From positions 160,001 through 224,000 of the forward strand of contig CAWCXJ010000007.1 of the NCBI GenBank assembly GCA_963799485.1: 64,000 nucleotides of DNA. Reading direction: 5' to 3'. Under the pieces are notes generated by a model. The model was not told the origin of the DNA. It did not search any database and saw only the letters and a program-made list of their open reading frames with translations. This stretch comes from an uncultured Trueperaceae bacterium. GTDB lineage: Bacteria; Deinococcota; Deinococci; Deinococcales; Trueperaceae. Both the position numbers and the translations under genes were made by a program. Positions within the stretch are counted from its first letter, which is position 1; each line of letters begins with the position of its first letter. Shown here one piece after another: positions 1 through 13,821 of this stretch.

Positions 1-705
1 TCCGGCGATGTCGGCGACGCCCGAGACGTGGTTTTGTTCGTGAAAGTCCGGCAGCCAGCCGTGAACGGGCCAGAGCGGAAGTTTTACGGCGAAGGCCAGC
101 GTAAACGCCAAAAAGAGCCAAATTTGGGTGCTTGGCGGCAGAGCTTGTGTGGCCGGCATGAGGTCGGTCAGGCGAAAGCTTGTCGCACCAGACAGCGGAC
201 GAAGCGCCAGAATTGCAACCAGCATAATGAACGACCCGGCAACCGCGTAAACGAGATACTTTACGGCGGCCTGACGGCGGCGCTCGAGCCCCCAAATCCC
301 CAGCATCAGCACGCTCGGTATCAGGGTCGCTTCCCAGAACAGGTAAAACAGCACCACGTCTTGCGCCAAGAAGATGCCGGCAAGTCCCGCCTGCATCGCC
401 AAGAGCAGTCCAAGAAAACGGTTGGTGTTCTCTTTAACCACGAAGCTCGCGTAAAACGTCGTGGGGAGCATGACGATGGCTGCAACTAAAACCAGCAACC
501 CGCCGGCCCCTACCGCTGAAAGCGAAAAGTAAACACCGAAACTGCCCAGCCACGGCGTTTCATAAGGGAGGGCTTGCGGCAGGGCAATCGCCGCGAGCAG
601 CGTAAACACCGACGTGGTGAGCGCAACCGTGCGGCCCATACCTTTGGAGACGAAAAAGAGCAAAATTGCGCCGATAAGCGGGATTAACACCGTTGCCAGC
701 GTCAT
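1..705 (-). CDS. nuoM: NADH-quinone oxidoreductase subunit M (5' part, runs off window)
   Basis: ATG at 705-703 overlaps the nuoL stop (ATGA); reads [15 protein letters not shown]..., hydrophobic; follows nuoL. Not in ORF track because truncated. Confidence 0.9.
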   Translation of the reverse strand, partial: MTLATVLIPLIGAILLFFVSKGMGRTVALTTSVFTLLAAIALPQALPYETPWLGSFGVYFSLSAVGAGGLLVLVAAIVMLPTTFYASFVVKENTNRFLGLLLAMQAGLAGIFLAQDVVLFYLFWEATLIPSVLMLGIWGLERRRQAAVKYLVYAVAGSFIMLVAILALRPLSGATSFRLTDLMPATQALPPSTQIWLFLAFTLAFAVKLPLWPVHGWLPDFHEQNHVSGVADIAG

Positions 706-2633
706 GCTGCGCCTCCGGTAAAGACAGCGACCAAAACGAGTACCGCCAGACCGACCAGCATCAGCAGCGCGTAGAGCCGGACAAAACCCGACTGAAGCTG
801 CGACACCGACTTGCCGAGTTCACCAACGCTGCTGCTCGAGCCCCCCACCCGCGTATCTAAAACCTCACGGTCGACCTCACCGAAGCCCTGCGCGAGTTCT
901 TCACCCGGACGGGTAAAGAGGGCGCGGTAAAGTGCGTCGAAGCCGAGCGCCGAAAACGACGCGGCGCGGAGACCGCCCAAAAGACCGGCGACCTGCGGCT
1001 GCTTGGCCGCCATGAAATCGGCCTTTTTGTGATAACGCAGATAGCCCAGATAAAGCCCGAGAAAAGCTGCGACTACCGAGATTAAAACGAGCAGCCATTC
1101 GACCCACAAGGCCAGGTGGCTGAAGGTAGCGGCGGTAGGGGTCTCGAGCCACGGTGCAATCAGGTTGGGAAAGGCAAACTCCGGCAAACCGATGTAGCCG
1201 GCAAAAATACTTAAAAAGGCCAAAATCAGTAGCGGTACGGTCATCACTTGCGGCGACTCGTGCAGGCGTGCCCGCGCCGCATCCGAAAACCGCTCCTCGC
1301 CGGCGAAAACCCGGTAATACCAGCGGAACATGTAAAACGCCGTCAGCACAGCAGTAAAGAGCAGAACGAGGTAGAGCCAGATATTACCGTACCCCGCAAT
1401 CAGCTCAGAGGTAAACACACGCGCCAAGATTGCATCTTTACTAAAAAAGCCCGACAGGAAAGGTACCCCTGAGATGGCCAGCACCGCAATCAGCGCAGTC
1501 GTTCCCGTAATCTTCATGTGTTTGCCGAGGCCGCCCATCTTGCGAATATCCTGTTCACCACCGAGCGCGTGAATGACCGAGCCCGACCCTAAAAAGAGCA
1601 GCGCCTTAAAGAAGGCGTGCGTCAAAACGTGAAAGATAGCGACCCAGTACGCCCCCACGCCGACCGCCGCAAACATAAAGCCGAGCTGCGAAATCGTCGA
1701 GTACGCCAGGATTTTTTTGATGTCTTGCTGCGTCAGCGCAGCGAACGCAGCGACGAGCGCGGTAATCCCCCCAACCCAGGCGACGACCGCCGAGGCGTCC
1801 GGGGTACTAGCGAAAAGTGGCGCAGTCCGGGCAATCAGGTAAACCCCGGCTGTAACCATCGTCGCGGCGTGAATGAGCGCCGAAACCGGCGTCGGCCCCG
1901 CCATTGCGTCGGGGAGCCAAGTTTGCAGCGGCAGCTGCGCCGATTTGCCGCACGCTGCAAGTAAGTAGAGCAGACCTAAAACCGTGACAACCGCCGAACC
2001 TGCCAGGAGCGGCGCGGCAGCGTTGACCTCGGCGATGTCGAGCGTTCCAAAGGTCTTGACCGTCAAGAACATACCCAGCAAAAAGCCGACGTCGCCGATG
2101 CGGTTGACGATAAACGCTTTGCGGGCAGCGTCGGCATTTTCCTTGATGGCGTACCAGAAGCCAATCAGCAGATACGAGCAGACCCCGACGCCTTCCCAAC
2201 CGATAAACATCAGAAAGAACGAGTCGGCCATGACCAGAACCAGCATTGCGGCGATAAACAGGTTGAGCGCCGAGAAGTAGCGGCTGAAGCCGGGGTCGCG
2301 GTGCATGTAGCTCGCGGAATAGACGTGAATCAGGAGCCCGACCCCGGTGATAATCAGCATCAAGGTAATGCTCAAGGGGTCGATGACGAAGCCTAAGTCG
2401 AGGCTGAACGGGCCACCCTCCAAGTACCCCCAGAGCGGAATCCGCGCTGTGCGCTCGGGGTAGGCGAAAAGTCCAAAAAAGGCCAGCACGGAGAGGACAA
2501 AGCCCGTACCGACCGCCGTTGCTGCGATGATACCCGGCAACGGTTCACGCAGACGTTTACCAAATACTCCGTTAATGAGTGCGCCTAGCAAAGCGACAAA
2601 AGGCGCAGCTGCAGCTAAGGTGACGACCGTCAT
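702..2633 (-). CDS. nuoL: NADH-quinone oxidoreductase subunit L
   Basis: [51 protein letters not shown] motifs. Confidence 0.97.
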   Translation of the reverse strand: MTVVTLAAAAPFVALLGALINGVFGKRLREPLPGIIAATAVGTGFVLSVLAFFGLFAYPERTARIPLWGYLEGGPFSLDLGFVIDPLSITLMLIITGVGLLIHVYSASYMHRDPGFSRYFSALNLFIAAMLVLVMADSFFLMFIGWEGVGVCSYLLIGFWYAIKENADAARKAFIVNRIGDVGFLLGMFLTVKTFGTLDIAEVNAAAPLLAGSAVVTVLGLLYLLAACGKSAQLPLQTWLPDAMAGPTPVSALIHAATMVTAGVYLIARTAPLFASTPDASAVVAWVGGITALVAAFAALTQQDIKKILAYSTISQLGFMFAAVGVGAYWVAIFHVLTHAFFKALLFLGSGSVIHALGGEQDIRKMGGLGKHMKITGTTALIAVLAISGVPFLSGFFSKDAILARVFTSELIAGYGNIWLYLVLLFTAVLTAFYMFRWYYRVFAGEERFSDAARARLHESPQVMTVPLLILAFLSIFAGYIGLPEFAFPNLIAPWLETPTAATFSHLALWVEWLLVLISVVAAFLGLYLGYLRYHKKADFMAAKQPQVAGLLGGLRAASFSALGFDALYRALFTRPGEELAQGFGEVDREVLDTRVGGSSSSVGELGKSVSQLQSGFVRLYALLMLVGLAVLVLVAVFTGGAA

Positions 2634-2962
2634 CGGTTCGCCACCGAAAGCGCGTCAACGTCGGCAGAGTGCCGGTAGCGGAAAATGGCGACGAGGATGC
2701 CCAAACCAACGGCAACTTCAGCGGCGGCGACGGCCAGGATGATAAATACCGCAACTTGTCCCGAAAGCGCAACAGCGGCTCCAGACGCGGCCCACCCCCT
2801 GGCAAACGCAACCAGCGCCAGATTAGCTGCGTTTAGCATCAGCTCGACCGACAAAAAGATCATAATTGCGCTGCGGCGCGTCAACACGCCGACCGCACCG
2901 ATCACGAAGATAAGCGAGCTGAGCGCGACGTAGTATTCGGTAGGCACGGGGCCGCTAAGCAT
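2630..2962 (-). CDS. nuoK: NADH-quinone oxidoreductase subunit K
   Basis: [11 protein letters not shown] and AAAEVAVGL motifs; position. Confidence 0.96.
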   Translation of the reverse strand: MLSGPVPTEYYVALSSLIFVIGAVGVLTRRSAIMIFLSVELMLNAANLALVAFARGWAASGAAVALSGQVAVFIILAVAAAEVAVGLGILVAIFRYRHSADVDALSVANR

Positions 2963-3518
2963 GGGTCAGCTCCCTCTCGCGGGGTTCGGATTGCGCCGTC
3001 TCCTGAGCGCGGTCTTTTGGCACGGCGCGGCGCTCGACGAGGCTGACTGCCGCGATAATGCCGGTTAAGAGCAGCACCCCGACAAGCTGAAAGGCCAAGA
3101 CGAATTGGCTGAAAAGAACCTCGCCTAAAACGTTGGCGTTACCACCCTGCAACGCTGCATCTACGACAAGAGCGTCCGGCAACGGGGTACGACCGATAAA
3201 CGCGGCAGCGATGAGCCCACCCGCAGCGATAGCACCGACGATGTACGCCGTAGGTGTCACCCAGCGCAGGCGTTTGGCCCGTTCGTCGCCTTGGGCATTT
3301 AAGAGCATGATGACGAACAAAAATAGCACCGTGATCGCGCCTGCATAGACGATAACCTGCACCGCTGCCAAAAAGTGCGCCTGCAGGGTTACGTAGGTCG
3401 TTGCAACCGTTAGGAGCGTCCCGACCAGCGAGAGCGCAGCGTGAACGGGCTGACGCAGGGTTATAACCCCGAGCGCACCGACAATCATCACGGCGGCAAG
3501 AAGCGCAAACATCACCAT
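2955..3518 (-). CDS. nuoJ: NADH-quinone oxidoreductase subunit J
   Basis: [19 protein letters not shown]; start moved to ATG 3518 (GGAG upstream) because the longer ORF overlaps nuoI. Confidence 0.93.
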   Translation of the reverse strand: MVMFALLAAVMIVGALGVITLRQPVHAALSLVGTLLTVATTYVTLQAHFLAAVQVIVYAGAITVLFLFVIMLLNAQGDERAKRLRWVTPTAYIVGAIAAGGLIAAAFIGRTPLPDALVVDAALQGGNANVLGEVLFSQFVLAFQLVGVLLLTGIIAAVSLVERRAVPKDRAQETAQSEPRERELTHA

Positions 3519-3570
3519 AAAATGGGCTCCGCCGGGGAGGCGATAACGAGCATCCGAAACTCGTAACACA

Positions 3571-4095
3571 TTAGTATTCGACCCCCTCGAGTTCAGGTCT
3601 ATGCGCCGCCTTAAAGCCGAGCCCAACGTCTTCGCCCAGTTTTTCCGCCTCGCGCCGTTGCCACTTCGAGCCGACCGTCCCGACGAGCATGTCGTCTTTG
3701 CCGTAGGTAAAATCTTTGTACTTAAAGTCGGCCAACTCAAACTCGTGCCCTAAAACGACCGCGCCTGTGGGACACGCCTCTTCACAAAAGCCGCAAAAGA
3801 TACAGCGCAGCATGTTGATTTCATAAATCTTGGCGTAGCGCTCCCCCGGTGAAGTTGGATGTTCCGGGTCGTTTTCCGCCGCCTCGACGTAGATCGCGTA
3901 AGACGGACACGCCGCTGCACATAACGAGCAGCCGATACATTTTTCCAACCCGTTCGGATGCCGTAAAAGATGATGACGCCCGCGAAAACGCGCCTTGATG
4001 TCGGCTTTTTGTTCCGGATACGAGACCGTTACCGGCTTTTTGAACAGGTGCGAGAGCGTCACCCCCATCCCCTTGGCAATATCTAAAACACTCAT
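3571..4095 (-). CDS. nuoI: NADH-quinone oxidoreductase subunit I
   Basis: Two CxxCxxCxxxCP motifs ([24 protein letters not shown]). Confidence 0.97.
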   Translation of the reverse strand: MSVLDIAKGMGVTLSHLFKKPVTVSYPEQKADIKARFRGRHHLLRHPNGLEKCIGCSLCAAACPSYAIYVEAAENDPEHPTSPGERYAKIYEINMLRCIFCGFCEEACPTGAVVLGHEFELADFKYKDFTYGKDDMLVGTVGSKWQRREAEKLGEDVGLGFKAAHRPELEGVEY

Positions 4096-4604
4096 ACGCT
4101 CTCCTTTTCGATTTGAACGGTGTCGCTTTGAATGGGGTCACCGGTGTTAATTTTACCGCTGGACACGATGCCTGCGCGAAGTCCCGCCTGATGCACCATC
4201 TTCAGTACGTCCCGGTGAACGATGGTCGCAAGGTGATTGCAGGGTTCACACAGCCGGGTGCCCTCGAGGGTTACGTCGCCGACTTTGAACGTTTTACCGA
4301 CCAACGTGTTCAAGCTGACGCCCCTGGTCAAGATGTTGCGGCGAAAGGCGTGAGGGGAAAGTTCTACCTCACCCCGCGCATTAAACGCTTCGATCATCTC
4401 GGACTCGATCAGTGTCACCTCATAAGAGGGCGCTTCGACCGTTTTTGAAAAGGTGCCCCTACCATCAAAGTAGCGGTCGCCCTTTAAGCCCTTACCGGCA
4501 ACGGCTGCTACCGAACGAACCTCGGTCATCGGCGCTTCGGCTTCAGGCGCGACAAAGATAGAAACGACAGAGGACGTATCATTAAAGGACAAGTTAGAGG
4601 ACAA
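4092..4604 (-). CDS. MOSC-domain protein inserted in nuo operon
   Basis: [28 protein letters not shown]-x-GD pattern of MOSC domains; TTG start overlapping nuoH end, stop overlapping nuoI ATG. Confidence 0.85.
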   Translation of the reverse strand: MSSNLSFNDTSSVVSIFVAPEAEAPMTEVRSVAAVAGKGLKGDRYFDGRGTFSKTVEAPSYEVTLIESEMIEAFNARGEVELSPHAFRRNILTRGVSLNTLVGKTFKVGDVTLEGTRLCEPCNHLATIVHRDVLKMVHQAGLRAGIVSSGKINTGDPIQSDTVQIEKESV

Positions 4605-5606
4605 ACGCGATCACCGCCCCCGTAATGAGCGCACTAAAAAGCGCAATCTCGAAAAGCCAAATCCAACCGAACCGCATTAGCTGATCGTAACGAAACCGGG
4701 GCAGCGTGGCGCGCAGCCAGATGAACAGAAACATAAAAATCGCCATCTTGAGAAGCAACCAGATAAAGGGCCACTCGGACACGCCCGGAATCACCGCGTC
4801 CAAAAACCCCGGCCCGCGCCAGCCGCCCAAAAAGAGCGTGCTGATAAACGCCGCCGCCGTCATCATGTTGACGTATTCCGCCATCTGAAAGAGCGCCCAC
4901 TTGATAGACGAGTATTCGGTCAAGTAGCCCGCGACGATCTCTTGCTCGGCTTCAGGCAAATCAAACGGCGTGCGGTTGACTTCGGCCACCGACGAAATGA
5001 CGTAGGTGACAAACGACACTGCGAGCGGGAGCCAGAGCAGCGGACTCAGCGACCAGACGCCGAAGTCAACGATTTCGCGCAGGTTGAGCGTGCCGGCAAT
5101 CAGGATAATCGTCAGCGCGGAGAGACCCAGACCCAGCTCATACGAAATCATCTGCGCCGACGAGCGCAGGCCGCCCAGGAGCGAGTATTTACTGTTCGAC
5201 GACCAGCCCGCCAAAAAAATCCCGTAAACGCCGATGCTTGTTGCCGCAAACACGTATAAAAGCCCGATGTCGAGGTCGACAATCCACGGGTTCAGGCCGA
5301 ACAAGCTACCCGCCGGACCAGCCGGAATCGCGCCGAACGCCGAGAGCGCAAAGAGGATACTGACAAACGGCGCTAGAAAGTAGACGAAACGGTCCGAGGC
5401 CGAAACCACGATGTCTTCTTTGAAAATGGACTTGATGGCGTCGGCGATGGGTTGCAAAAGTCCAAAGGGGCCGACGCGGTTGGGGCCGTAGCGGTGCTGC
5501 ATCCGGCCCAGGATTTTACGCTCAATCACGGTCATGTAGGCGAACGCGCCGAGGAGCACGGCGCACAAGACGAGCGCCTTGACGAAAGTGACGATAAACC
5601 CGTCTA

Positions 5607-5610
<4 letters not shown>
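4594..5610 (-). CDS. nuoH: NADH-quinone oxidoreductase subunit H
   Basis: [38 protein letters not shown]. Confidence 0.97.
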
Positions 5611-7979
<2,369 letters not shown>

Positions 7980-8015
7980 ATGCGTGTCCTCGTTGGCCCA
8001 TTTCTATTTGGCGTT

Positions 8016-9356
8016 TCATTCGGCCCACCAGTCCGACTTCTGATATCGCGAGTGACCGTGTTCGATCAGGTATTCGTATTCGTCGCGAAAGTGCTTGAAG
8101 CTCGACTGCACCGGCATCACGCACGAATCTGCCAACAGGCAAAAAGCCGTGCCGCGCATGTTTTTGAGCATCCCTTCGATCAGCTCCAAGTCGCCGGGTT
8201 CACCGTAACCCGACAGCAGTTTTTTGAACATCTTCGGCAACCAGGTCGAAACCCCTTCGCGGCACGGCGTGCATTTACCGCACGACTCGTGCGCGTAAAA
8301 CCGCACCACGTTGTACATCGCGTCGACCATGCACTTTTCTTTCGGGATGAGGATGACGCCGCCCGTGCCCAGCATCGAGCCTTTTTTAGCGACCGACCCG
8401 TAGTCCATCGGCGTATCGAGCGTATCGTCGTCGAAAGGCAACATCGGCGCGGAAGAGCCACCCGGGATTAGCGCTTTAATCTCTTCGGTCGGACCGCCGC
8501 CGAGGTCGTAGAGCAGCTCGCGGAAGGTCGCGCCGATAGGCAGCTCGTACACACCGGGCCGCGCAACCGGGCCGCTGATCTGAAAGAGCTTGATGCCCTT
8601 CGAGTCTTCTGTACCCATCGACGAATACCACTCGGCCCCCTTATTGATGATGTGAACGACGTTGACGAGGCTTTCGACGTTGTTGATGGTCGTCGGCAAG
8701 CCGTAAACGCCCGCTTGCGCCGGAAATGGCGGTTTGAGGCGTGGATTGGCCCGCAACCCTTCAAACGAGTTCATCAGCGCAGTTTCTTCACCGCAGATAT
8801 ATGCGCCCGCGCCTCGGTGCAAAATTATGTCGAAGTCGAATCCCGAATCGAAGATATTTTTGCCGAGATACCCTGCTCCGCGCGCATCGATGACGGCTTG
8901 CTGAAGGTGTTCGTAAGCGGTGTAGTATTCGCCGCGAATATAGATGACGCCGATGGTCGCCTCGATCGCGTAGCAACCGATCAGTAGCCCTTCGATAAGC
9001 TGGTGCGGGTCGTCCTCCAAGAGGTAGCGGTCTTTGAACGACCCCGGCTCCGACTCGTCGGCGTTGCAGACCAAAAAGCGCTGCCGCCCGTCGGGTTTGG
9101 GCATAAACGACCACTTGAGGCCGGTCGGAAAACCCGCGCCGCCGCGTCCGCGCAGACCCGACTTTTTAACCTCTTCGACGACTTCAGCGGGCTTCATCGT
9201 CGTCACAGCTTTTTTTGCCGCCTCGTAGCCGCCACGCTCCAAGTACGTGCTGAGCTTGTGCGAGTCTTTGACCCCGGCGTATCTGTAAAGCGTGACCTCG
9301 AAACGCGGGTCTTTACGCGAGTTAATCAGCTGTGGTTTTTCGGCAACGGTTGTCAT
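8016..9356 (-). CDS. nuoF: NADH-quinone oxidoreductase subunit F
   Basis: [46 protein letters not shown]. Confidence 0.97.
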   Translation of the reverse strand: MTTVAEKPQLINSRKDPRFEVTLYRYAGVKDSHKLSTYLERGGYEAAKKAVTTMKPAEVVEEVKKSGLRGRGGAGFPTGLKWSFMPKPDGRQRFLVCNADESEPGSFKDRYLLEDDPHQLIEGLLIGCYAIEATIGVIYIRGEYYTAYEHLQQAVIDARGAGYLGKNIFDSGFDFDIILHRGAGAYICGEETALMNSFEGLRANPRLKPPFPAQAGVYGLPTTINNVESLVNVVHIINKGAEWYSSMGTEDSKGIKLFQISGPVARPGVYELPIGATFRELLYDLGGGPTEEIKALIPGGSSAPMLPFDDDTLDTPMDYGSVAKKGSMLGTGGVILIPKEKCMVDAMYNVVRFYAHESCGKCTPCREGVSTWLPKMFKKLLSGYGEPGDLELIEGMLKNMRGTAFCLLADSCVMPVQSSFKHFRDEYEYLIEHGHSRYQKSDWWAE

Positions 9357-9370
9357 AGAAAACCCCTAAA

Positions 9371-9443
9371 AGCAGTGGGCAACGAGCAATGAGCAACGAG
9401 AGGTAAGGCGCTACTCATGGCTCACCGCTTTCTGCTCATTGCT
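9371..9443. repeat. Inverted pair of degenerate heptamer arrays (AGCAAYG-like x4 per arm)
   Basis: 9371-9400 AGCAGTG GGCAACG AGCAATG AGCAACG AG; reverse complement of 9414-9443 AGCAATG AGCAGAA AGCGGTG AGCCATG AG. Confidence 0.7.
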
Positions 9444-10004
9444 GATATCTGGCTTTTCGGCCCCTGCGTTGTCACCGCCGCGTTCTCGCGGGACTTCGGG
9501 CATCTCACCACCTCGGAGCGTGTCCAAAATCTGCCGACACCGCGACCGCGACACCCGCTCGTAGTAGGTATCATTGACCTGTAAAACCGGCGCGGTCCCG
9601 CATGAACCCAGGCATTCAACCTTTTGCAGGCTGAAAAGGCCCAGGCCGTCGGTTTCACCATTCACCAGCCCCGTCTCCTCGGAGATAAAGTCGTACATCT
9701 CGTCGGAACCCGCGAGCGAACACGAAAGCGTCGAGCAGATTTGCAAATGATATTGTCCCACTGGCTGTTCGTGGTAGGTCGAATAAAAAGTCATGACGCC
9801 CTTGACCTCGGTCGCGTGCATGTCCAGAATCTGCGCGATCTCTTCGACATGCGCTTCGCTGATGTGCTTTTCAGCGTTTTGGACGGCCCACAAGAGCGGC
9901 ATAATGGCGCTGCGCCGACCGTAGTCGGGGTAGCGACCTAAAATTTCGCTCAGCAGGTCTTGTTTATCGGAGAAAAACCCCTGAATGGTCTCGAGTTCAA
10001 TCAT
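9411..10004 (-). CDS. nuoE: NADH-quinone oxidoreductase subunit E
   Basis: CSTLSC ... ECLGSC 2Fe-2S ligands; position. Confidence 0.96.
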   Translation of the reverse strand: MIELETIQGFFSDKQDLLSEILGRYPDYGRRSAIMPLLWAVQNAEKHISEAHVEEIAQILDMHATEVKGVMTFYSTYHEQPVGQYHLQICSTLSCSLAGSDEMYDFISEETGLVNGETDGLGLFSLQKVECLGSCGTAPVLQVNDTYYERVSRSRCRQILDTLRGGEMPEVPRERGGDNAGAEKPDISNEQKAVSHE

Positions 10005-10246
10005 TTAGGCTCCGGCATTTCATCGGCAATTTTGCGGCTGTCTTTACGAACGGCGTTGAGCCCGAAAGCGACTGCAACCGCGATCACAACGCCGACGCCT
10101 ATAGCAAAGAGCCAACGGTCGAGCAGCAGTCCAAAAAGCAGCGCAAAGGCCAGACCAATACCCAGACCAGCTAACAGCGCCGTAAGCTGATTGGTACGCT
10201 TCTGCTTCTGCCGCGCTTTCTCTCTCTCCGGGTGTTCGTAGCTCAT
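10001..10246 (-). CDS. Small two-helix membrane protein of unknown function between nuoD and nuoE
   Basis: ATGA overlaps with both neighbours; two hydrophobic stretches flanked by charged tails. Confidence 0.8.
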   Translation of the reverse strand: MSYEHPEREKARQKQKRTNQLTALLAGLGIGLAFALLFGLLLDRWLFAIGVGVVIAVAVAFGLNAVRKDSRKIADEMPEPK

Positions 10247-11484
10247 TTGTCAACGTCCCCCAAAACCGGGTCGAGCGTGGCGATGTTGATGACCATATCA
10301 GCGAACAGACCACCGACGCAGGCGGGCTCGAGGCTCTGCAAATTAATCAAACTCGGTACCCGCACCTTGACGCGGTAGGGCATCGAACCGCCGTCTGACA
10401 CGAGGTAATAGCCCAGCTCTCCCCTAGCGCTTTCAGTCGGCACGTAAACTTCGCCGCGCGGCGGGTGAAACCCTTCTGTTACCAGTTTGAAGTGGAAGAT
10501 CACCGCTTCCATCGAGGTTTCCAGCTCACTACGCGGCGGCAGTGAAATCCGGCGGTCGGGGTCGCTGATGGGGCCGGGCTCGAGCTTATCCAGCGCCTGC
10601 GCGACAATCTTGAGGCTCTCTTCCATCTCAAAAAACCGCATCATAAAGCGCGTGTAAGCGTCGCCCACGTCGCTTGTCGGAACATCAAAATCGTAATCTT
10701 CATACGAGCTGTAAGGCTGCGCTTTGCGAAAGTCGAGCGGGACACCCGACGCCCGTAAACTCGGCCCGGTCAGGCCGTAATCGAGGGCGCGCGCTTTGGA
10801 GATGTGCCCGACGCCTTTTGTCCGGTTGACGAAGATGTCGTTTTTACGGAACATCGCCGCGTACTGCTTGAGCATGTCCGGAAACAGCTTGATAAACGCT
10901 CGGGTCGCCTCTTCAAACCCTTCGGGTAAGTCACGTGACAAACCGCCGACGCGGAAGTAGCCGTAATTCATCCGCACGCCGCAAACCATCTCGAACAGGT
11001 CTAAAATCTTTTCGCGTTCGCGCATGGTGTAAAAAAACGGCGTCAGCGCCCCCATGTCGAGGATGCCGGTACCGAAGAAAACCAGGTGGCTGGCAATGCG
11101 GTTGAGTTCGTTTAGGATGACGCGAATCCGCTGCGCCCGAATCGGTACTTGTGCCCCGATCAGCTTCTCGGCTGACAAAACATACGCCAGGTCGTGCGCG
11201 AAACCGTGCAGGTAATCCATTCGGTTCGAGTAGGTAACGCCCTGCTGATAGGTGCGGTTTTCCATCGTCTTTTCAAAGCCGCTGTGTAAGTAGCCGATCT
11301 GCGGGACGATTTTGGCGACGCGCTCACCGTCTAGGTCAACGACGAGGCGCAGGACGCCGTGCGTCGAAGGGTGCTGCGGCCCGACGTTGAGCCGCATGTA
11401 TTTGGTTTGAAAATCTTGTCCGCCCGGTGCGGGCACGTCTTGTTCGGTAACGCCCGGAACCGCACCTGCTTGTCCAATCGTCAT
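10243..11484 (-). CDS. nuoD: NADH-quinone oxidoreductase subunit D
   Basis: [31 protein letters not shown]. Confidence 0.97.
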   Translation of the reverse strand: MTIGQAGAVPGVTEQDVPAPGGQDFQTKYMRLNVGPQHPSTHGVLRLVVDLDGERVAKIVPQIGYLHSGFEKTMENRTYQQGVTYSNRMDYLHGFAHDLAYVLSAEKLIGAQVPIRAQRIRVILNELNRIASHLVFFGTGILDMGALTPFFYTMREREKILDLFEMVCGVRMNYGYFRVGGLSRDLPEGFEEATRAFIKLFPDMLKQYAAMFRKNDIFVNRTKGVGHISKARALDYGLTGPSLRASGVPLDFRKAQPYSSYEDYDFDVPTSDVGDAYTRFMMRFFEMEESLKIVAQALDKLEPGPISDPDRRISLPPRSELETSMEAVIFHFKLVTEGFHPPRGEVYVPTESARGELGYYLVSDGGSMPYRVKVRVPSLINLQSLEPACVGGLFADMVINIATLDPVLGDVDK

Positions 11485-12113
11485 CGTCCCCCCTCCCCCG
11501 TCGTTTCGTGGATGTCCGGGTCGGTTTTGACCTCGGTACCGCCCGGTACCTGACTGCTGACGCCTTTGCGGGCACCGCCGCGCCAGCCCGACAACCCCGA
11601 GGCTTGCCCGCTCATCCCGGCCCGAAACGCTTCCGGGTCGAGAAAACGCCCGTCGTTAAAAAGCGTCGGCGTTTCACCCAAAGGAAAATCTTTACGGTGC
11701 GGATGCCCGTCTAGGTCTTCTGGTGTGATGAGTTTACGGAGGTCGGGGTGGCCCTCAAACTCGACGCCGAACATGTCGTAAACCTCGCGCTCCATAAAGC
11801 TCGAGCCCTGCCAAAGCCCCGTAACCGTCGGCAGCGCTTCGCCGTCGTCAACGTTCACCCGGATGAATAACCGCTCGTTATGCGCCACGCTGTAGAGGTT
11901 GTACGACACCGTAAAACGCTTGCCCTGATGCCCCGGATAGCTCAGATAATCAGTGCCGAACACGTCCGAAATCATCTCGAAGCCCTGCTTTTTCGCCTCG
12001 GCGATAGCATCCACGAGTTCGGACTTGTCTACGGTGACGCTGACCATATCCTTGAACTGCGCGGGTTTGCCGCCCCTTGCTTTGAGCTTGTCGACGGTCT
12101 GCTCTAGGGCCAT
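11481..12113 (-). CDS. nuoC: NADH-quinone oxidoreductase subunit C
   Basis: [29 protein letters not shown]. Confidence 0.96.
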   Translation of the reverse strand: MALEQTVDKLKARGGKPAQFKDMVSVTVDKSELVDAIAEAKKQGFEMISDVFGTDYLSYPGHQGKRFTVSYNLYSVAHNERLFIRVNVDDGEALPTVTGLWQGSSFMEREVYDMFGVEFEGHPDLRKLITPEDLDGHPHRKDFPLGETPTLFNDGRFLDPEAFRAGMSGQASGLSGWRGGARKGVSSQVPGGTEVKTDPDIHETTGEGGR

Positions 12114-12649
12114 CAGGGACGCCAGCCTTGTACCATCGGCAGTTCGGTGCCGGTGCTATCGAACGCTTCGCCGCGGACTTTTTTCTGCAACTGCACGACA
12201 CCAAAAATCAGCGCTTCGGGGCGCGGCGGGCAACCTGGCACAAAGATATCGACGGGCACGACGCTATCGACGTTTTGCACGATGGCGTAGTTGTTAAACA
12301 TCCCGCCTGAGGACGCGCACGCACCCATCGAAATCACCCATTTGGGGTCGGGCATCTGGTCGTAAACGCGGCGCAAGACCGGAGCCATCTTTTTAGACAA
12401 CCGTCCGGCGACGATCATCACGTCGGACTGACGCGGCGACGCGCGAAACACTTCGGAGCCGAAACGTGCCATGTCATTGCGGGCGTTCGTGGACTGCATC
12501 ATCTCGATGGCGCAGCACGCCAGACCGAACGTCGCGGGCCAGAGGCTGTTACTTCTGCCCCAAGCGACAAGCTTTTCCAAGTTTGAGAACAAGATGCCCT
12601 CGTTCTCGAGTTCTTGGATATCACTGGTGAACAAATCTTGTAAGGCCAT
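12113..12649 (-). CDS. nuoB: NADH-quinone oxidoreductase subunit B
   Basis: [23 protein letters not shown]. Confidence 0.97.
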   Translation of the reverse strand: MALQDLFTSDIQELENEGILFSNLEKLVAWGRSNSLWPATFGLACCAIEMMQSTNARNDMARFGSEVFRASPRQSDVMIVAGRLSKKMAPVLRRVYDQMPDPKWVISMGACASSGGMFNNYAIVQNVDSVVPVDIFVPGCPPRPEALIFGVVQLQKKVRGEAFDSTGTELPMVQGWRP

Positions 12650-12666
12650 GGGCTCAACTCAACTTC

Positions 12667-13014
12667 CTAGCGCCAGTTTAGGACGCCCTTGCGTAAAACG
12701 TAAACGTAGCCTACGGCGAGTACGGCAACAAAAATAATCGCCTGAACGAACAGAAACTCGGGTTGCGCCTTGAAGTGAACAGCTAACGGGTAAAAAAATG
12801 CCGTCTCGATATCGAAAACGATAAAGAGCATGGCGACGAGATAAAAATGAACCGGAAAACGCTCACGGGCACTGCTCGTCGCAGCGATCCCCGACTCATA
12901 CGCTGCCAGCTTCGTTTCCGAACCCTTTTTCGGCCCGAGTAGCCCACCGACCAAAAGCGCCAAAGCGCCGATAAGACCGGCAGCGAGAAACATCATCAGT
13001 AGATTTAAGTACAC
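12667..13014 (-). CDS. nuoA: NADH-quinone oxidoreductase subunit A
   Basis: [14 protein letters not shown]; start moved to GTG 13014 after AAAGGGG SD. Confidence 0.93.
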   Translation of the reverse strand: MYLNLLMMFLAAGLIGALALLVGGLLGPKKGSETKLAAYESGIAATSSARERFPVHFYLVAMLFIVFDIETAFFYPLAVHFKAQPEFLFVQAIIFVAVLAVGYVYVLRKGVLNWR

Positions 13015-13057
13015 AGCGCTCAGCCCCTTTCGCACTCCCAAAACCTGCTCGAAATCC

Positions 13058-13075
13058 TCGTGCGGCATTTCACAA
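13058..13075 (-). promoter_or_regulatory. Candidate Rex operator
   Basis: Minus strand TTGTGAA-ATGC-CGCACGA vs consensus TTGTGAA-N4-TTCACAA, just downstream of the nuo -10. Confidence 0.6.
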
Positions 13076-13085
13076 CCTAGCAGCA

Positions 13086-13114
13086 ATTTTAACATCTCAC
13101 ACACGCAGGTACAA
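13086..13114 (-). promoter_or_regulatory. SigA-type promoter of nuo operon
   Basis: TTGTAC-N17-TAAAAT with TG extended -10. Confidence 0.7.
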
Positions 13115-13184
13115 GGGCGCATCTCTCGTTCTAAAGAGGTTTAATCCATACTTTTCAGGTCGGATATGAGGCAAACCCGGGAAA

Positions 13185-13215
13185 CGTAAACGGCTCCAAA
13201 GAGGAGCCGTTTACG
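13185..13215. terminator. Perfect 13-bp hairpin downstream of fur/perR
   Basis: CGTAAACGGCTCC-AAAGA-GGAGCCGTTTACG. Confidence 0.65.
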
Positions 13216-13248
13216 GATAACTGATGTGTTAGTCGGGTTTGGAAATGT

Positions 13249-13707
13249 CTACAAATCGTTATCTTTTCGCTCTTGACAATCAGGGCAAACACCTTGCAGA
13301 CCGATGCTCGGTTCGTCTACCTGCCAGCCCGTCGCTGAGGTCGCTCGAGCCTTGAGCAGCGCCGAAAGGGTCATATCGGCTGTTACGACCTCCGGCAAGT
13401 CGAGCACTTTACTACAGCGGGTACAGATAAGGTGGTAGTGCGGCCCGACGTTCGAATCGTAAAGCGCTTCGCCGCCGACACCATTAAACTCGCGTACCAG
13501 GCCTGCGTGCTTGAGTACACCTAGATTGAGGTAAACCGTCGACAAGCTGAGGTTCTCCCCCCGATTTTTAAGTTCGTGGTAAACCTCTTCAGCGCTTACA
13601 TGCATGTCACGTTCACTGAAATAGGTCAAAATGACCTCACGGGGACGGCTGTAACGCAGACCGTGCACCTGAAGCACCTCTCTCAACTTTTTGCCTTGCC
13701 TTGTCAT
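13249..13707 (-). CDS. Fur-family transcriptional regulator (Fur/PerR-like)
   Basis: HVSAEEVY, LSTVY, HYHLICTRC and CPDC. Confidence 0.92.
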   Translation of the reverse strand: MTRQGKKLREVLQVHGLRYSRPREVILTYFSERDMHVSAEEVYHELKNRGENLSLSTVYLNLGVLKHAGLVREFNGVGGEALYDSNVGPHYHLICTRCSKVLDLPEVVTADMTLSALLKARATSATGWQVDEPSIGLQGVCPDCQERKDNDL

Positions 13708-13821
13708 ACTGTTTCCTCGAAATATAGCACCGACTTCTCGTGCAAGCTAAAGACAGTTTAGCACAGCCGCCCAAAAAGCTGCACTACGCGAACACCGACG
13801 CTAAAACCAGCTTCCAAGTTC

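Noticed and set aside
28..489. 153-aa plus-strand ORF
   Set aside because: Antisense to the truncated nuoM.
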